A stretch of DNA of 64,000 nucleotides. Source: a virus (Duplodnaviria > Caudoviricetes). Location: positions 1 to 64,000 of the IMG/VR virus record IMGVR_UViG_3300025018_000003; one strand, written 5' to 3'. The position numbers and the translations under genes were made by a program. Shown piece after piece: positions 9,429 to 20,500 of this stretch. The notes under the pieces were generated by a model, which searched no databases, had not been told where the DNA came from, and was given only the letters and a program-made list of their open reading frames with translations. Each line of letters starts with the position of its first letter. Position 1 is the stretch's first letter.

Positions 9429-12400
9429 CGCCACTGGGCAGATCGACAACAACCCCACGTCGTCTGATCCCCCGGTCAAGCTCGGCAAGACCGCACCTCT
9501 GTTCCTCACCGACTCTCCGAGCTTCGGAACTGGCTTCGTCAGCTCAGCTGCAGGCCAGCTTCCGTCTATCGATGGGGTCAATCCGCAGGACTTGAACGCT
9601 CTCCTGGCCACCATCCGGGAGGTCGAGTCTTCGAATGATCCGTCAGCGTACAACATGCTGTACGGTGGGGACAGTTTTGAGGGCTACGACGCCCACCCCA
9701 ACATCTCGAAGAAGTTCAAGACGAAGTCCGGCACCGAGCTGAGCACCACTGCAGCCGGTGCCTACCAGTTCCTGAAGGGCACCTGGGATGAGTTCGCAGA
9801 GAAGGTTGGCATCACTGGCTTCTCTCCGCAGGAGCAGGACCAGGTAGCCATCCAGTTGCTGAGCGACAAGGGAGCCATCGATGCCCTGCGGGAAGGCAAC
9901 TACGAGCGGGCCCTTGAGATCGCAGGTGAGACGTGGGTGGGAATCGGTGGCAAGCTGGCTGCAGACGCGGACCAGCACTCCCCGGCCTTCTCTGTCTCTC
10001 TGGAGAACTTCCGCCAGTTCCGGTCAGGAGAGAAGGGGCTGGACCCCAAGGACTTCGACAAGTTCGTGGATGCCAGGATCCGACAGGAAGATGCTGAGAC
10101 CAGGATCTCGTCGTACGATCCACTGGCCCCTGACTTCGGCCCCAGCGCCTACACCCGACCTGGGAATGTGGAGGACTACGCCGACTACATGGAGTACATC
10201 TCTCCGTTCCAGGACATCGATAAGGTGCGGGCACGCAACCAGTCCTGGACGGAGCAGCTTGGCCATGGTCTTGGCCGGGTCATCCCCAATGCCATCCTGG
10301 GCATCGCCGAAGGAGCAGGCATCCTGCTGGACATCCCGGCGGTCTACAACACCATCACTGGAGAGGACGGGGACTACTCGAACTGGTTGACGGACATGGC
10401 GCAGGCAGGAAAGGAAGCCGTCAACGAGGCCCTTCCAGTCTATCGTGAGAATCCGTCCCAGGTCTGGAATCCTGGCGACTTCGCCTGGTGGGTGGAGAAC
10501 GGAGAAGGTCTGGTCGAGTCCATTGCCTCCTTCTACGTGCTCGGCGCAGGCCTGGCCACTGCCACTTCGAAGATCGCATCCGGTGCTGCACGCATGGCCG
10601 GATTCATGGCCAAGGGAACGCAGGCCGCCAGAGGCGTGGCCGCGGGTGCAACTGCGGCTGGACTGGCGTACTCCGAAGGAGCCATGGAGGCAGCGGACGT
10701 CTACAAGCAGGTCCTGGAGCAGGGCATCACCGACGATACTCCGTACGAGATCGCCAAGCTGAATGCTGCCGAGGCCGCCGCACACACCGTCAGGATCAAC
10801 ACCATCGTCAACACCGGTCTGAACTTGACCGGTACCATGGCCTTCTTCCGTCCTCTGCGTAGTCAGCGTGCCCTGACCCAGGCCGGGCTTGCCAGGAACG
10901 CCGGTGAGACCATGACGGAGTGGGCAGTCCGACTGAAGGAGAACCCAGCCACTCAGGGATTCATGGCTCGGCTCCTGCATGAGGCCGGGCGTGAAGCTCC
11001 TCAGGAAGCGCTTGAGGAACTCGTCAACGAAGTCTCCCGGGCAGAAGGTCTGTTCTATGGTCAGGAGGCCATGGGTTTGGCTGACAACCGGTCTCTCGGT
11101 GAGCGCATTGCTGACACCATCTTCACTCCCCAGGCAGCCCTTGCTGCAACGCTTGGTTCCATCGGGGGTGCAGGACAGGCTCTTGTCACCGGGCTGGCCC
11201 CTTCGATGAAGCTGGAGCAGGGTGACGGAGCGAAGAAGCCTGCCCTCTACAAGAGGCTGGAGTTCCGCGCAAGTCGGGAGAGTGCGGCCATCCGTGAGGC
11301 GCAGGTCGCCACCAGGAACGCCCTCGTCAAGCAGATCGACGCCCATGTTGATGCCCGTCAGCGCATGAAGGATGCTGCAGACAAGGGCGACGTGACGGCG
11401 TACAACAAGGCCCGCAACGACCTCTTCAACACCATCGCCGAGGACCGCATCACCTCCGGCATGGAAGAGCAACTTCTGATCGGCTTCGAAGAGATCTCCA
11501 AGATGACTCCAGAGCAGGCGGAAGAGGCTGGCTGGGACACCCGGCCTGAGTCCAAGTTCTACTACAAGAAGATGGCTCAGGAGCGGATCTCCAAGACCAA
11601 GCAGCTGACCAACCGCTGGAACGAACTTCAGGACACGTACGCTTTCCAGGACGACGAGCATCTGTCCCGTCTTCCGTACTTCATCTTCGGGGCCGAGGTC
11701 CAGAGGGATTCCCTGACTGATCAGCTGAAGGAAGTGGATGCTGACCTGGCTTCACTGAAGGAAGTCCAGTCCCGGATGGCACGCCTGGATGGAACCGAGA
11801 CCACCTACCAGGAAGTCCTGGACATCCAGAAGGAACAGGAAGCGCTCGTCAAGCAGCGCGAGGTCCTCGGCAAGAAGCTGGAGAGCATCCAGAAGCTGAT
11901 GGAGACCGAGGAGGGACGCAAGAAACTCCAGGCCAAGTACGGTACCTACGACATGGACTCCATCATGACCGCCATCCGGATGGCTGTCGGTGGACTGGAG
12001 CGTCGTGAGGAAGATCTTTCGAAGCGCGGCAAGGTCATCGAAGAAGCCATGACCGCCGCAGCTGATGGAGATCAGGCCAAGGCCCAGGCCAACCTGTCCA
12101 AGTGGCTGGCGGAGAACAAGTCGTACGCTGAAGCTGTCGAGACCCTTCAGGGTGACCGGGCAGCACTCTCCTCCGACCTGGAAGAGATCTCGTCCTCTCT
12201 GAAGGCTGTGACCGCTCGTCAGGGCCGCAAGAAGTTCACCGACGCCTTCAACGCGGAGTTGGATCGTCTGCAGAAGCTCCAGAAGGAGAAGGTGAAGGAG
12301 GCGATCAAGGCGGCTCCGACCAAGAAGGTCCTCGACAACATCAAGACCAAGATCGACCCTGAGAACAACCCGGACCTCGCTGACGAGATCGAGAAGCGCA

Positions 12401-14595
12401 ATGCTGAGCTGTTGCGTGATGAGATCAAGCGTGAGCGGGATCAGGCTCGTGAAGTCGACAAGCTTCTCGAAAGCCAGGGCAGGATCGAAGAGGGCAACGA
12501 GGAAGTCTTCGAGGTCAAGGACTTCGTGGATCCGCAGGAACGTCAGGAAGTCCTGGACTCGATCCTGGGCCAGGACAACTACATGGACGCCAACGATGTG
12601 TTCGGCATGGCGGCCAGATCCTTCCGTCTGGATGCCGAGTTCGTGAAGGAGGCCAAGGCCCACATCAAAAGGCTGCTCGACGCCAAGCGCAAGACCACTT
12701 CGAAGAACCAGGACGACGCCACCGAGAGCGGGGACAAGGGAACAGCCCCTCCCCCTCCACCCATCATCAACCGGTACTCTTCCCAGGACGACGTCGACGA
12801 CGACGTGGATCCCCGGGATGACACCACCACGGAGAAGACCAAGGACGGGAAGACCGTGGTCATCGGAGAGAAGGTTGTCGATGGCGCTCTGGCCTTTGCT
12901 CACAAGACGAAGGAGAGCCAGGAGGTCATCACCGATGAGAACGGTGAGCGCACCATCATGCAGGTGGACATCGGCGAAGAGCTGAGCAGCATGCTGATTC
13001 CGGAGACTCTGGACTACCGGAAGCTTCAGCCTGGAGACGGCCTCACCATCGAGCTGGATCTTGGATACGTGGATCCCAAGTCGGGAGAGACGTACAAGAG
13101 CCTGTCTGCTGGAGAGGATGGCTGGATGCATGCGCCCATGCGCATCGTCTACAAGGGCAAGACCGTCGGTTGGGTCCACGATGTCAACTGGGTAGACCGT
13201 CATGACAACGGCACCCCGGTGAACATCGCCGACACCGAAGGGAACTGGACCAAGCAGCGTCAGGCCATCCGCAAGATCCGCCGGTACATCTGGGAGAACA
13301 AGAGCGCCGAGACCGTGGTCCTGCACCATGGCATCGGTCACCTTTCGAAGTCCTACCTGCACGACGCCGACGGAAACATCGTCATGAAGAACGGACGTCC
13401 TGTGACCCAGCGTCGGAGCCTGGCGGAGAACACCGGGGACGACGTCAAGTTCGTGGTCTCCGTCAACGGTCAGTTCCGTGAGGGAGAAGACCCCACCACC
13501 AAGAAGCTGGTGAACAAGGAGGTCTTCCCAACCGGCCAGCCAGGCATCCTCATCCCGACCAGCGCTGCCGATGAGAAGGGCAAGCAGCTCTTCATCGCGG
13601 CCCCGATTTGGTTGCCAACTGTAGCAGACTCTAGTAACAACGGAGCCAAGGATCTGTTCGACATGATCCGGATCTTCCATTCTCCGTCTGCTGCGCAGGA
13701 AACGAAAGATCTTTCGGATGCAACAGGGTCCAAGTTCAACGTCAATGCGGATGTCAGCGCACTGCACGACATCTTGGTCAACTACTTCCTCTCCGGAGCC
13801 TTCAAGAAAGAGGACCTCAGGAACACGGAAGTGAGCACCAGTCGCATCTTCTTCCACTTCAGCCAGCAGACCGGGCATGTGAAGATCGCCAGGCACGGCG
13901 CGGCCAAGGGTGGAGGCATCATCTACACCACGGACGCCAGTCTGGGCAGGGATGGTGGAGCCTTCCGCTACATGTTCGAGACCGCGCCTGACGGATCCCT
14001 GCTGCATGCCAAGGCGATCCAGGAGATGATGGGAGACCTCTTCCTGAACCTCGACGTCGCCAGAGCCAACGGATCTTCGACGATGCGCCATGTTGGGCGT
14101 GACTCCGAAGGGAAGTGGACCGGCAAGAAGGTGAAGTACCGCGACTTCATGCGGGCCGCCTTCTCCACCACGATCAAGGGGACGCAGTTGGAGGATGGAC
14201 GGTGGGTCTACACCGAGCAGCCCACCATCCTCTTCGCCGATCCCACTGGTAAGACGAAGCGCCAGGTGGCCACTCCGACCCCGCAGAAGGGAGAGGGCAA
14301 GCCCCCGGAGAGCACGAAACCGCAGGTCGATGAAGAGGTAGAGAGCAAGGTCGATGACCTCTCTGTTGGAGAATCCGTAGAGACTGGCTCAAATGTTGCG
14401 TCAGATCTCGACAGCTTCCTCATGGGAGACGACGAGCTTGAGCAGCAAGGAACTGGCCGGGTAGAGACTGCCGCAGACTCTGCCGAAGCCAGGTCCACCA
14501 GCCCGTTCTTTTCGTATCCTTCTGCAGTTGGAAAGGAATCCCTCTCTGAACAGCTGCAGTCCAACGGTGATGTCCGCCTGACCTGCAAGGTGTAA
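9391..14595 (+). CDS. Large ejection protein (1734 aa) with a lambda-R/GH24-like lysozyme domain near the N-terminus, TM-like Gly/Ala segment and coiled coil
   Basis: aa ~65-187 read LLATIREVES...YNMLYGG...STTAAGAYQFLKGTWDE...FSPQEQDQVAIQLL, matching the lambda lysozyme/transglycosylase signature. A hydrophobic GA-rich block and a long coiled coil follow. Confidence 0.8.
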   Translation: MPAPPLFLTDQTDATGQIDNNPTSSDPPVKLGKTAPLFLTDSPSFGTGFVSSAAGQLPSIDGVNPQDLNALLATIREVESSNDPSAYNMLYGGDSFEGYDAHPNISKKFKTKSGTELSTTAAGAYQFLKGTWDEFAEKVGITGFSPQEQDQVAIQLLSDKGAIDALREGNYERALEIAGETWVGIGGKLAADADQHSPAFSVSLENFRQFRSGEKGLDPKDFDKFVDARIRQEDAETRISSYDPLAPDFGPSAYTRPGNVEDYADYMEYISPFQDIDKVRARNQSWTEQLGHGLGRVIPNAILGIAEGAGILLDIPAVYNTITGEDGDYSNWLTDMAQAGKEAVNEALPVYRENPSQVWNPGDFAWWVENGEGLVESIASFYVLGAGLATATSKIASGAARMAGFMAKGTQAARGVAAGATAAGLAYSEGAMEAADVYKQVLEQGITDDTPYEIAKLNAAEAAAHTVRINTIVNTGLNLTGTMAFFRPLRSQRALTQAGLARNAGETMTEWAVRLKENPATQGFMARLLHEAGREAPQEALEELVNEVSRAEGLFYGQEAMGLADNRSLGERIADTIFTPQAALAATLGSIGGAGQALVTGLAPSMKLEQGDGAKKPALYKRLEFRASRESAAIREAQVATRNALVKQIDAHVDARQRMKDAADKGDVTAYNKARNDLFNTIAEDRITSGMEEQLLIGFEEISKMTPEQAEEAGWDTRPESKFYYKKMAQERISKTKQLTNRWNELQDTYAFQDDEHLSRLPYFIFGAEVQRDSLTDQLKEVDADLASLKEVQSRMARLDGTETTYQEVLDIQKEQEALVKQREVLGKKLESIQKLMETEEGRKKLQAKYGTYDMDSIMTAIRMAVGGLERREEDLSKRGKVIEEAMTAAADGDQAKAQANLSKWLAENKSYAEAVETLQGDRAALSSDLEEISSSLKAVTARQGRKKFTDAFNAELDRLQKLQKEKVKEAIKAAPTKKVLDNIKTKIDPENNPDLADEIEKRNAELLRDEIKRERDQAREVDKLLESQGRIEEGNEEVFEVKDFVDPQERQEVLDSILGQDNYMDANDVFGMAARSFRLDAEFVKEAKAHIKRLLDAKRKTTSKNQDDATESGDKGTAPPPPPIINRYSSQDDVDDDVDPRDDTTTEKTKDGKTVVIGEKVVDGALAFAHKTKESQEVITDENGERTIMQVDIGEELSSMLIPETLDYRKLQPGDGLTIELDLGYVDPKSGETYKSLSAGEDGWMHAPMRIVYKGKTVGWVHDVNWVDRHDNGTPVNIADTEGNWTKQRQAIRKIRRYIWENKSAETVVLHHGIGHLSKSYLHDADGNIVMKNGRPVTQRRSLAENTGDDVKFVVSVNGQFREGEDPTTKKLVNKEVFPTGQPGILIPTSAADEKGKQLFIAAPIWLPTVADSSNNGAKDLFDMIRIFHSPSAAQETKDLSDATGSKFNVNADVSALHDILVNYFLSGAFKKEDLRNTEVSTSRIFFHFSQQTGHVKIARHGAAKGGGIIYTTDASLGRDGGAFRYMFETAPDGSLLHAKAIQEMMGDLFLNLDVARANGSSTMRHVGRDSEGKWTGKKVKYRDFMRAAFSTTIKGTQLEDGRWVYTEQPTILFADPTGKTKRQVATPTPQKGEGKPPESTKPQVDEEVESKVDDLSVGESVETGSNVASDLDSFLMGDDELEQQGTGRVETAADSAEARSTSPFFSYPSAVGKESLSEQLQSNGDVRLTCKV

Positions 14596-14597
14596 GC

Positions 14598-17500
14598 ATG
14601 TCGAAATGCCTGAACGGCATCGAATCCATTGAGTTCGATAGCCCCGTCGAGCGCCAGCGTTTCCAGGTCTTCCTGGAGTTGTACAATGAACTGGATCTAG
14701 CCTACGAGGCCTATCTGGCCGAGAAGGTAGAGCGTGACACTGTCCTGGCCGAAGAGCTTGGGAAGTACACGATACCTGGGTTCACCCCGGAGCAGCAGTA
14801 TCAGACCATCGCCGGGATCACCCAGGCGCTTGGTACTGCTATCTTCGAGGAGATCGAGAAGTCTGATGACGCTGAGGCGCAGGTAGAGAAGGTCTTCCTG
14901 GAGGAGTACAACGCCTTCCGGAAGAAGCTGACTCTGGCCCACAAGGACGGGAAGGTTGCTCTCACCAACGAGTACCTGAAGATCGTCCGCAACTGGGGAA
15001 TGATTGAAGGCATGGTGCTGGACAATCTCCGGGCTTTGGGACTGCGCATCTCCCGGAAGAAGGTCACGCCGACTGAAGAAGAGGCTGTGGTCGACGTCCA
15101 CACCGACGCCAACCTGGAGCTGCTGGAGCAGGTCAAGCAGCAGCTGGATGAGGAAGAGCGCTCTGAGGAAGGAGAACTCGTCGCCGAGGGAGAGGAGAGC
15201 ATTTACGAGCGGACCAAGTGGGATGATGCTGCCCGCTTCGAAATCCAGGCCAAGGACACAGCCACTGCCAGGCTGCGCCTGTTCATGGCTCGCGTACCTG
15301 AGATGATGATCGGAGAGGACGGCAAGCCTGCCCCGCGCTACGGCTACCTGGGCATGCAGAGGTACGTCCCCTTCGACACCATCTGGGAGAACACGACGGC
15401 CTATCTGTCGGAGATGGATCCCGACTTCGAAGCCTACGTGGGTGCTCTGCAGGACAGTGGCAATCCGAATCTGCAGCAGCTGGCCACTCTGCTCTCCACC
15501 GCTGACGAGCGCATCAAGGCCGAGTTCATGACTGCCATGTCGAAGTCCTACATCGACATGCTGATGGTGACGTGGGCCCCGAGATGGAAGGGCGGGAAGA
15601 TCATCGGCTACTCGATGAAGCTGATGCGCAGCAACCGCCACTCCGTGACCGACACCATCATCCAGTCCTGGATCACCAACCAGCAGACGTCTCCGCTGGT
15701 GACCTTCCAGAATGGTGAGATGGTCATCGATCAGAACACTGTCAAGGCCATCGAGGAGCGGTACACCAAGCGCTGGGAAACGCTTCGCAACCTGGCGCAG
15801 GAAGGCCCCATGGTCGAGCTGTTCCAGGAGACCCTGGCTGCCATGGGCATCACCATGGAGAAGGGACAGATCTACCGGTTCAAGGGCCAGATCGAGAAGA
15901 TCATGGGTGGCACCTGGCGGTACCATCTGGATCCGACGGAGGACAAGTCCTTCATCCGCAACCTCCTGGACGGCTTCAAGCCGCAGGAGTTGACCGGTGA
16001 AGAGACCGAGGGCGACGATGCTGACCGACAGGATGCGGAGGAAAACTACGGCCTCTTCGGTGTCAACAATCCTCTGATCGGCACCAAGGGGGGTAGGATC
16101 CAGAAGCTGGCCAAGTTCGTGGCCGACAACACGGATCACCTGATGACTCCGTCCTATCGGGACATCGAGAAGAAGCAGGTTCACCCGTACCAGGATAACC
16201 ACCTCCTGTCGACCACCATCCGGAAGCTGCGGAATGGTCCTGAGCATGCGGCGACGATGATGCAGTCCACCTTCAGCTCCCGCTCCCTCTGGGGCAAGGA
16301 GCTACAGGAGAGCCAGACCAATCGCAACCGTCTTTCAATGCAATACATGGACGGGATGCGGAAGCGTGGATCCCGTCGAGCCCAGAAGCGCAAGAACATG
16401 TCGGAGGCCGAGCAGCACCTGTATGCTCTCGGTCTCTTCCAGGGAGCGCAGCACACCCGGGTTGGAAAGGACCGAGTGATGGCGTCCTTCGTGACCCCCA
16501 CGCATTCCGACAAGACCGTCTCCCCCATCGTCAGCTTCATCAAGCGGAACATCAAGGTCACCATCGAGGAGGGCAAGGTCGTGGACCTGTCCGAAGACAC
16601 GATGGACATCATGATGAACGCGGTGAAGGCTGAGGCCGAGCGCATCATCTACTTCCAGGAGCACCTGGAAGGGAACATGGGTGACCAGTTCGAGGCCTAT
16701 CAGAAGGGAGCCAAGAAGTTCTTCCTGTCCCCGTGGTTGAACAAGGACCAGATGTCCCCGGCAGATGCCGCGGTGGTCTGGGGCCCGGACGGATCTCTGC
16801 TCATGACCGATGAGGCCATGGCGGTGATGGAGCGTCTGACGAAGGCCGCCTTCATCGCCGAGATCCAGGCAACGGTTGACCAGTGGCACGACCAGGGAGT
16901 CATCGTCAAGGGAGACGACGGCGAGGTGACTCCGCTGATGAACCAGCAGTACTTGGACCGGCACGCCAAGTACAAGGCCACGAAGGACAAGATCGCGTAC
17001 GCAGCCGCGGACTACGTTCTGAACTACGCGGTCTTCTACGCCGAGCACTTCATGCTCATCTCCGGAGATCCGGCGATCCACTTCAAGAAGGACGTCGAGA
17101 CCACGCTGGACAACATCCAGAAGCGACTGGCCAAGGACATCGCTCCGGTGCTGCAGGGCAAATGGGCCTCTGACGATACCTTCCGGAAGGTCACCATTGG
17201 CGACCGGGAGATCGACTCGGCAGAAAGGGATGCGTACCACAAGCTCCTCGGAGCCGACTTCTACAAGCAGATCACTACGACGGATGCGCAGGAGTACACC
17301 ACCCTGGAGGAGCACATCCGTGTGATGCGCTCCTATGGCAGGATCTCCGAGCAGGTCTTCAACTCCATCCTGGCGAAGATCGAGGCCAACCGCGGTGGCT
17401 ACTTCGAACTCACCAACGAGGAGAGGGACATCATCCTGCAGCCGATGAAGCCACTGACGGTCAACGTCAAGCACCTGGACTTCATCGAGGTGAACGGACA

Positions 17501-20500
17501 GCAGGTCCCGGTCCACATCAACAACATCGTCTACACGAAGTCGTCGTCCATCCCACTTGTACCTGAGCTGACGAAGGGCCTGCAGATCGACAAGCTCCGT
17601 GTGGCCATGGAGAACGAGAAGGTAGATCGCGCTGCTCACGTCTCTGCAGACAAGCTGGGCGTGAGCAAGTCCGTGAAGGTCTACACTGGCGCAGGTACGG
17701 TGAAGGACGAGATCAAGTTCGGACGTGAGGCAATCCAGATCCTGTCCCGTACAGGCTTCGGTCTGCAGCAGGAACTGCCGGTCAAGAAGCTGGAGATCGC
17801 CACCGTCTCCCAGATGAACAAGCTCCTGTTCGAAGGCATCCGGTCTGTCTCCGGATTCAAGTTCTACAGCAAGGAGTACACCGGCAAGGAACTGGAGTCC
17901 CTGAAGGAAGACATCCGCAAGCGCCTGTTCGAAGCAGGGGATGAAGCCCTGCGTCGTGAGCTTGGACTGGTGCCCAACGGAGACGGCTCCTACCGGTTCA
18001 CCAACCTCAAAACGGTCCAGCAGGTCCTCCTCCGGGAGGCCAAGAACCGCGGTTGGTCCAAGGCCGACATCGAGTCCCTGGCTCTGACGAAGGACGGCCA
18101 GTCCTTCATCATCCCGCTGGCGTTCTCGCATGCCTCACGGCAGATCGAGTCCCTGCTCCTGTCGATGATCAAGCGGTCCATCACCCACCAGAAGGTCTTC
18201 GGGAAGGGGTTGGTCCAGGCTTCGTCTGCAGGCTTCGACTCCGTCGGTGGTGCCACCAACATCGTCTGGGTGAAGGACCATGATCCGAAGCAGCGCCTCC
18301 GCCACCAGCGGACAGGGAAGAACGGCGAAGTGCTTCCGGCCCAGATCATCGTTCCCTGGTACTTCAAGGGCGTGAACCTGAAGGACTACGTGATCGAGGA
18401 CGAAAATGGTCACAAGATCCTCGACTTCGAGAAGCTGGATCCTGAAGTCCTGAAGATGATCGGAGCCCGTATCCCGAACCAGGGACACAGCTCCATGGGT
18501 GCCTTCGAGATCGTCGGCTTCACGGACCCGGCCTACAAGTCCATGGCCATCGTCCCTGACGAAATCGTGGCCCAGATGGGTTCCGACTTCGACATCGACA
18601 AGCTCTATGCCTACCTCTCCCAGTACGAGATCGACAAGGAGACCGGTAAGATCAGCCGACTGACTCTGGAGAAGGATCCGTCGAACAAGATGACGGTCCA
18701 GCAGCTGAAGCAGGTCTACGCCGATATCCACTGGGCGGTGCTCATGCATCCGGAGGTCATGAAGAAGGTCATGCTCCCGCTGGAGCGCCCTGACCTCAAG
18801 TCGGAGAAGCAGAAGATCCGCGATGCACGCGGAGAATCCGGGACTCTTTCTCCGCTCTTCGTGCGTAAGCAGATCGCCGACCACATCAAGAACCGGGCAG
18901 GCAAGGAGCTGGTTGCCACCTTCTCCCTGTTCTCGACGGCCCAGTCTGTGCTGCAGGAGTACAACCTGCGCTTCGACGTCGACCCCATGGGCACCTCGAT
19001 CTCCGATGCCTTCGTCTTCGGTGGCAAGCACTTCTACAAGCTCTCCGGGAACGGTGTCAGCTACTACAACGGAGAAGTCCGGACCAAGGCTCAGAATATC
19101 GCGTCACTGCAGTCGGCTGCCGTGGACAACGCCAAGGAGAACCTCCTCGGCTTCCTGAACCTGAACATGATCACGGCACCGGTTGCCGGTCTCATGGCCA
19201 TGCTGGAGACGGACAACGGCGAGGCGCTGTCCCTGGCGTACATCGCACGCTTCCTTTCCCAACCTGCAATCGTATCTGCAGTCGATCAAATCTCCCTGAT
19301 GCGATCCTCACTGCGCACAGAGTGGGCAGAGGATTCGATGGCGTACGCTGTCGACGTCACCATCAGCAAGATGTTCGAGGAGCTGTCCGGGACAACCGGT
19401 GCATCTGCCTCAGGAAAGTCCTTCTCAGAAGGACAACTTCTGGAGATGATCGAGAAGTGGGCCAAGCGGGACACGCTGACTCCAGAGGAGCAGCAGGAGC
19501 TGATGGCCGACCAGGTACAGGTGCTGGAGATCTTCAAGGCCCTGATGGGTGGAGCGGAGGACTTCGGGTCCTTCCGCAAGGCTCTTCTGCACGCTGACTC
19601 CAACGGAGCAGGCAAGTCTATGCCGCAGATGCGGGACCAGATGGAGGCGTGGGCCAACCTGGATTCCCATGGCATCACTTTCGACCAGGCTCTGTACGAG
19701 AGCGAGTACTACAAGGCCGGTGAGCACGCACTCTTGAACGGCCACAAGTACTTCAGTCAGCTGTTCGCCTACTCGTCGCCCTTCTTCCTGAAGACGAAGG
19801 AGATCCTGGAGGATTCCGTCGGTCTGGCGTTCTCTCCTGACGACGTCCAGGACCTGATGTCGAGCGCCAGATCCCTATTTTACACCCAGACCACTTCTTT
19901 CGGAGACGCTGCAGCTGAGCGTGCCCGGCTCACCGTGGGTGAGAACTCGCTGGCCAAGCGGGTGAAGGCCGCCAAGCAGACGGAGTGGGGCTCGCAGAAC
20001 TACTTCATCCAGCGCCTGCAGCCCAGCATCTCGCGGACGGAAGGGAAGCCGGACTTCGTCAACTACCAGAACTCCAAGGCCGCCAGGCTCGATGAGGAAG
20101 AGATCCTGAGAGCACTCTCCGGGATGATTACTTCCCCCGACCTGGCGCAACGTCAGCTGGCTTACGATCTAGTGGCCTACGCCTACCTGACCGGTGGCCG
20201 GTTTGGTCCCACGAGCTACGCCAGGCACATCCCAATGGCCTTCCTGAAGTACGTCAAGTTCGACGAACAGCTTCGGAACATGTCCATGGACGACACCATC
20301 CTGGCCCACCGGTTCGTGGAGCAGTACCTGCAGCACAACCCTACGTTGGCCAAGGACGTCCGGAAGAACAAGGAGATCATGAAGCGGATCCGGAAGGGCA
20401 ACCAGGTGCTCATCCATCCGGATGAAATCGGAATCCGCGAGGTCAAGGCTCCTGATGGAGGCCTGGTCCGTGCCTTCTATGTCTCCAAGGCCAGGGGTGC

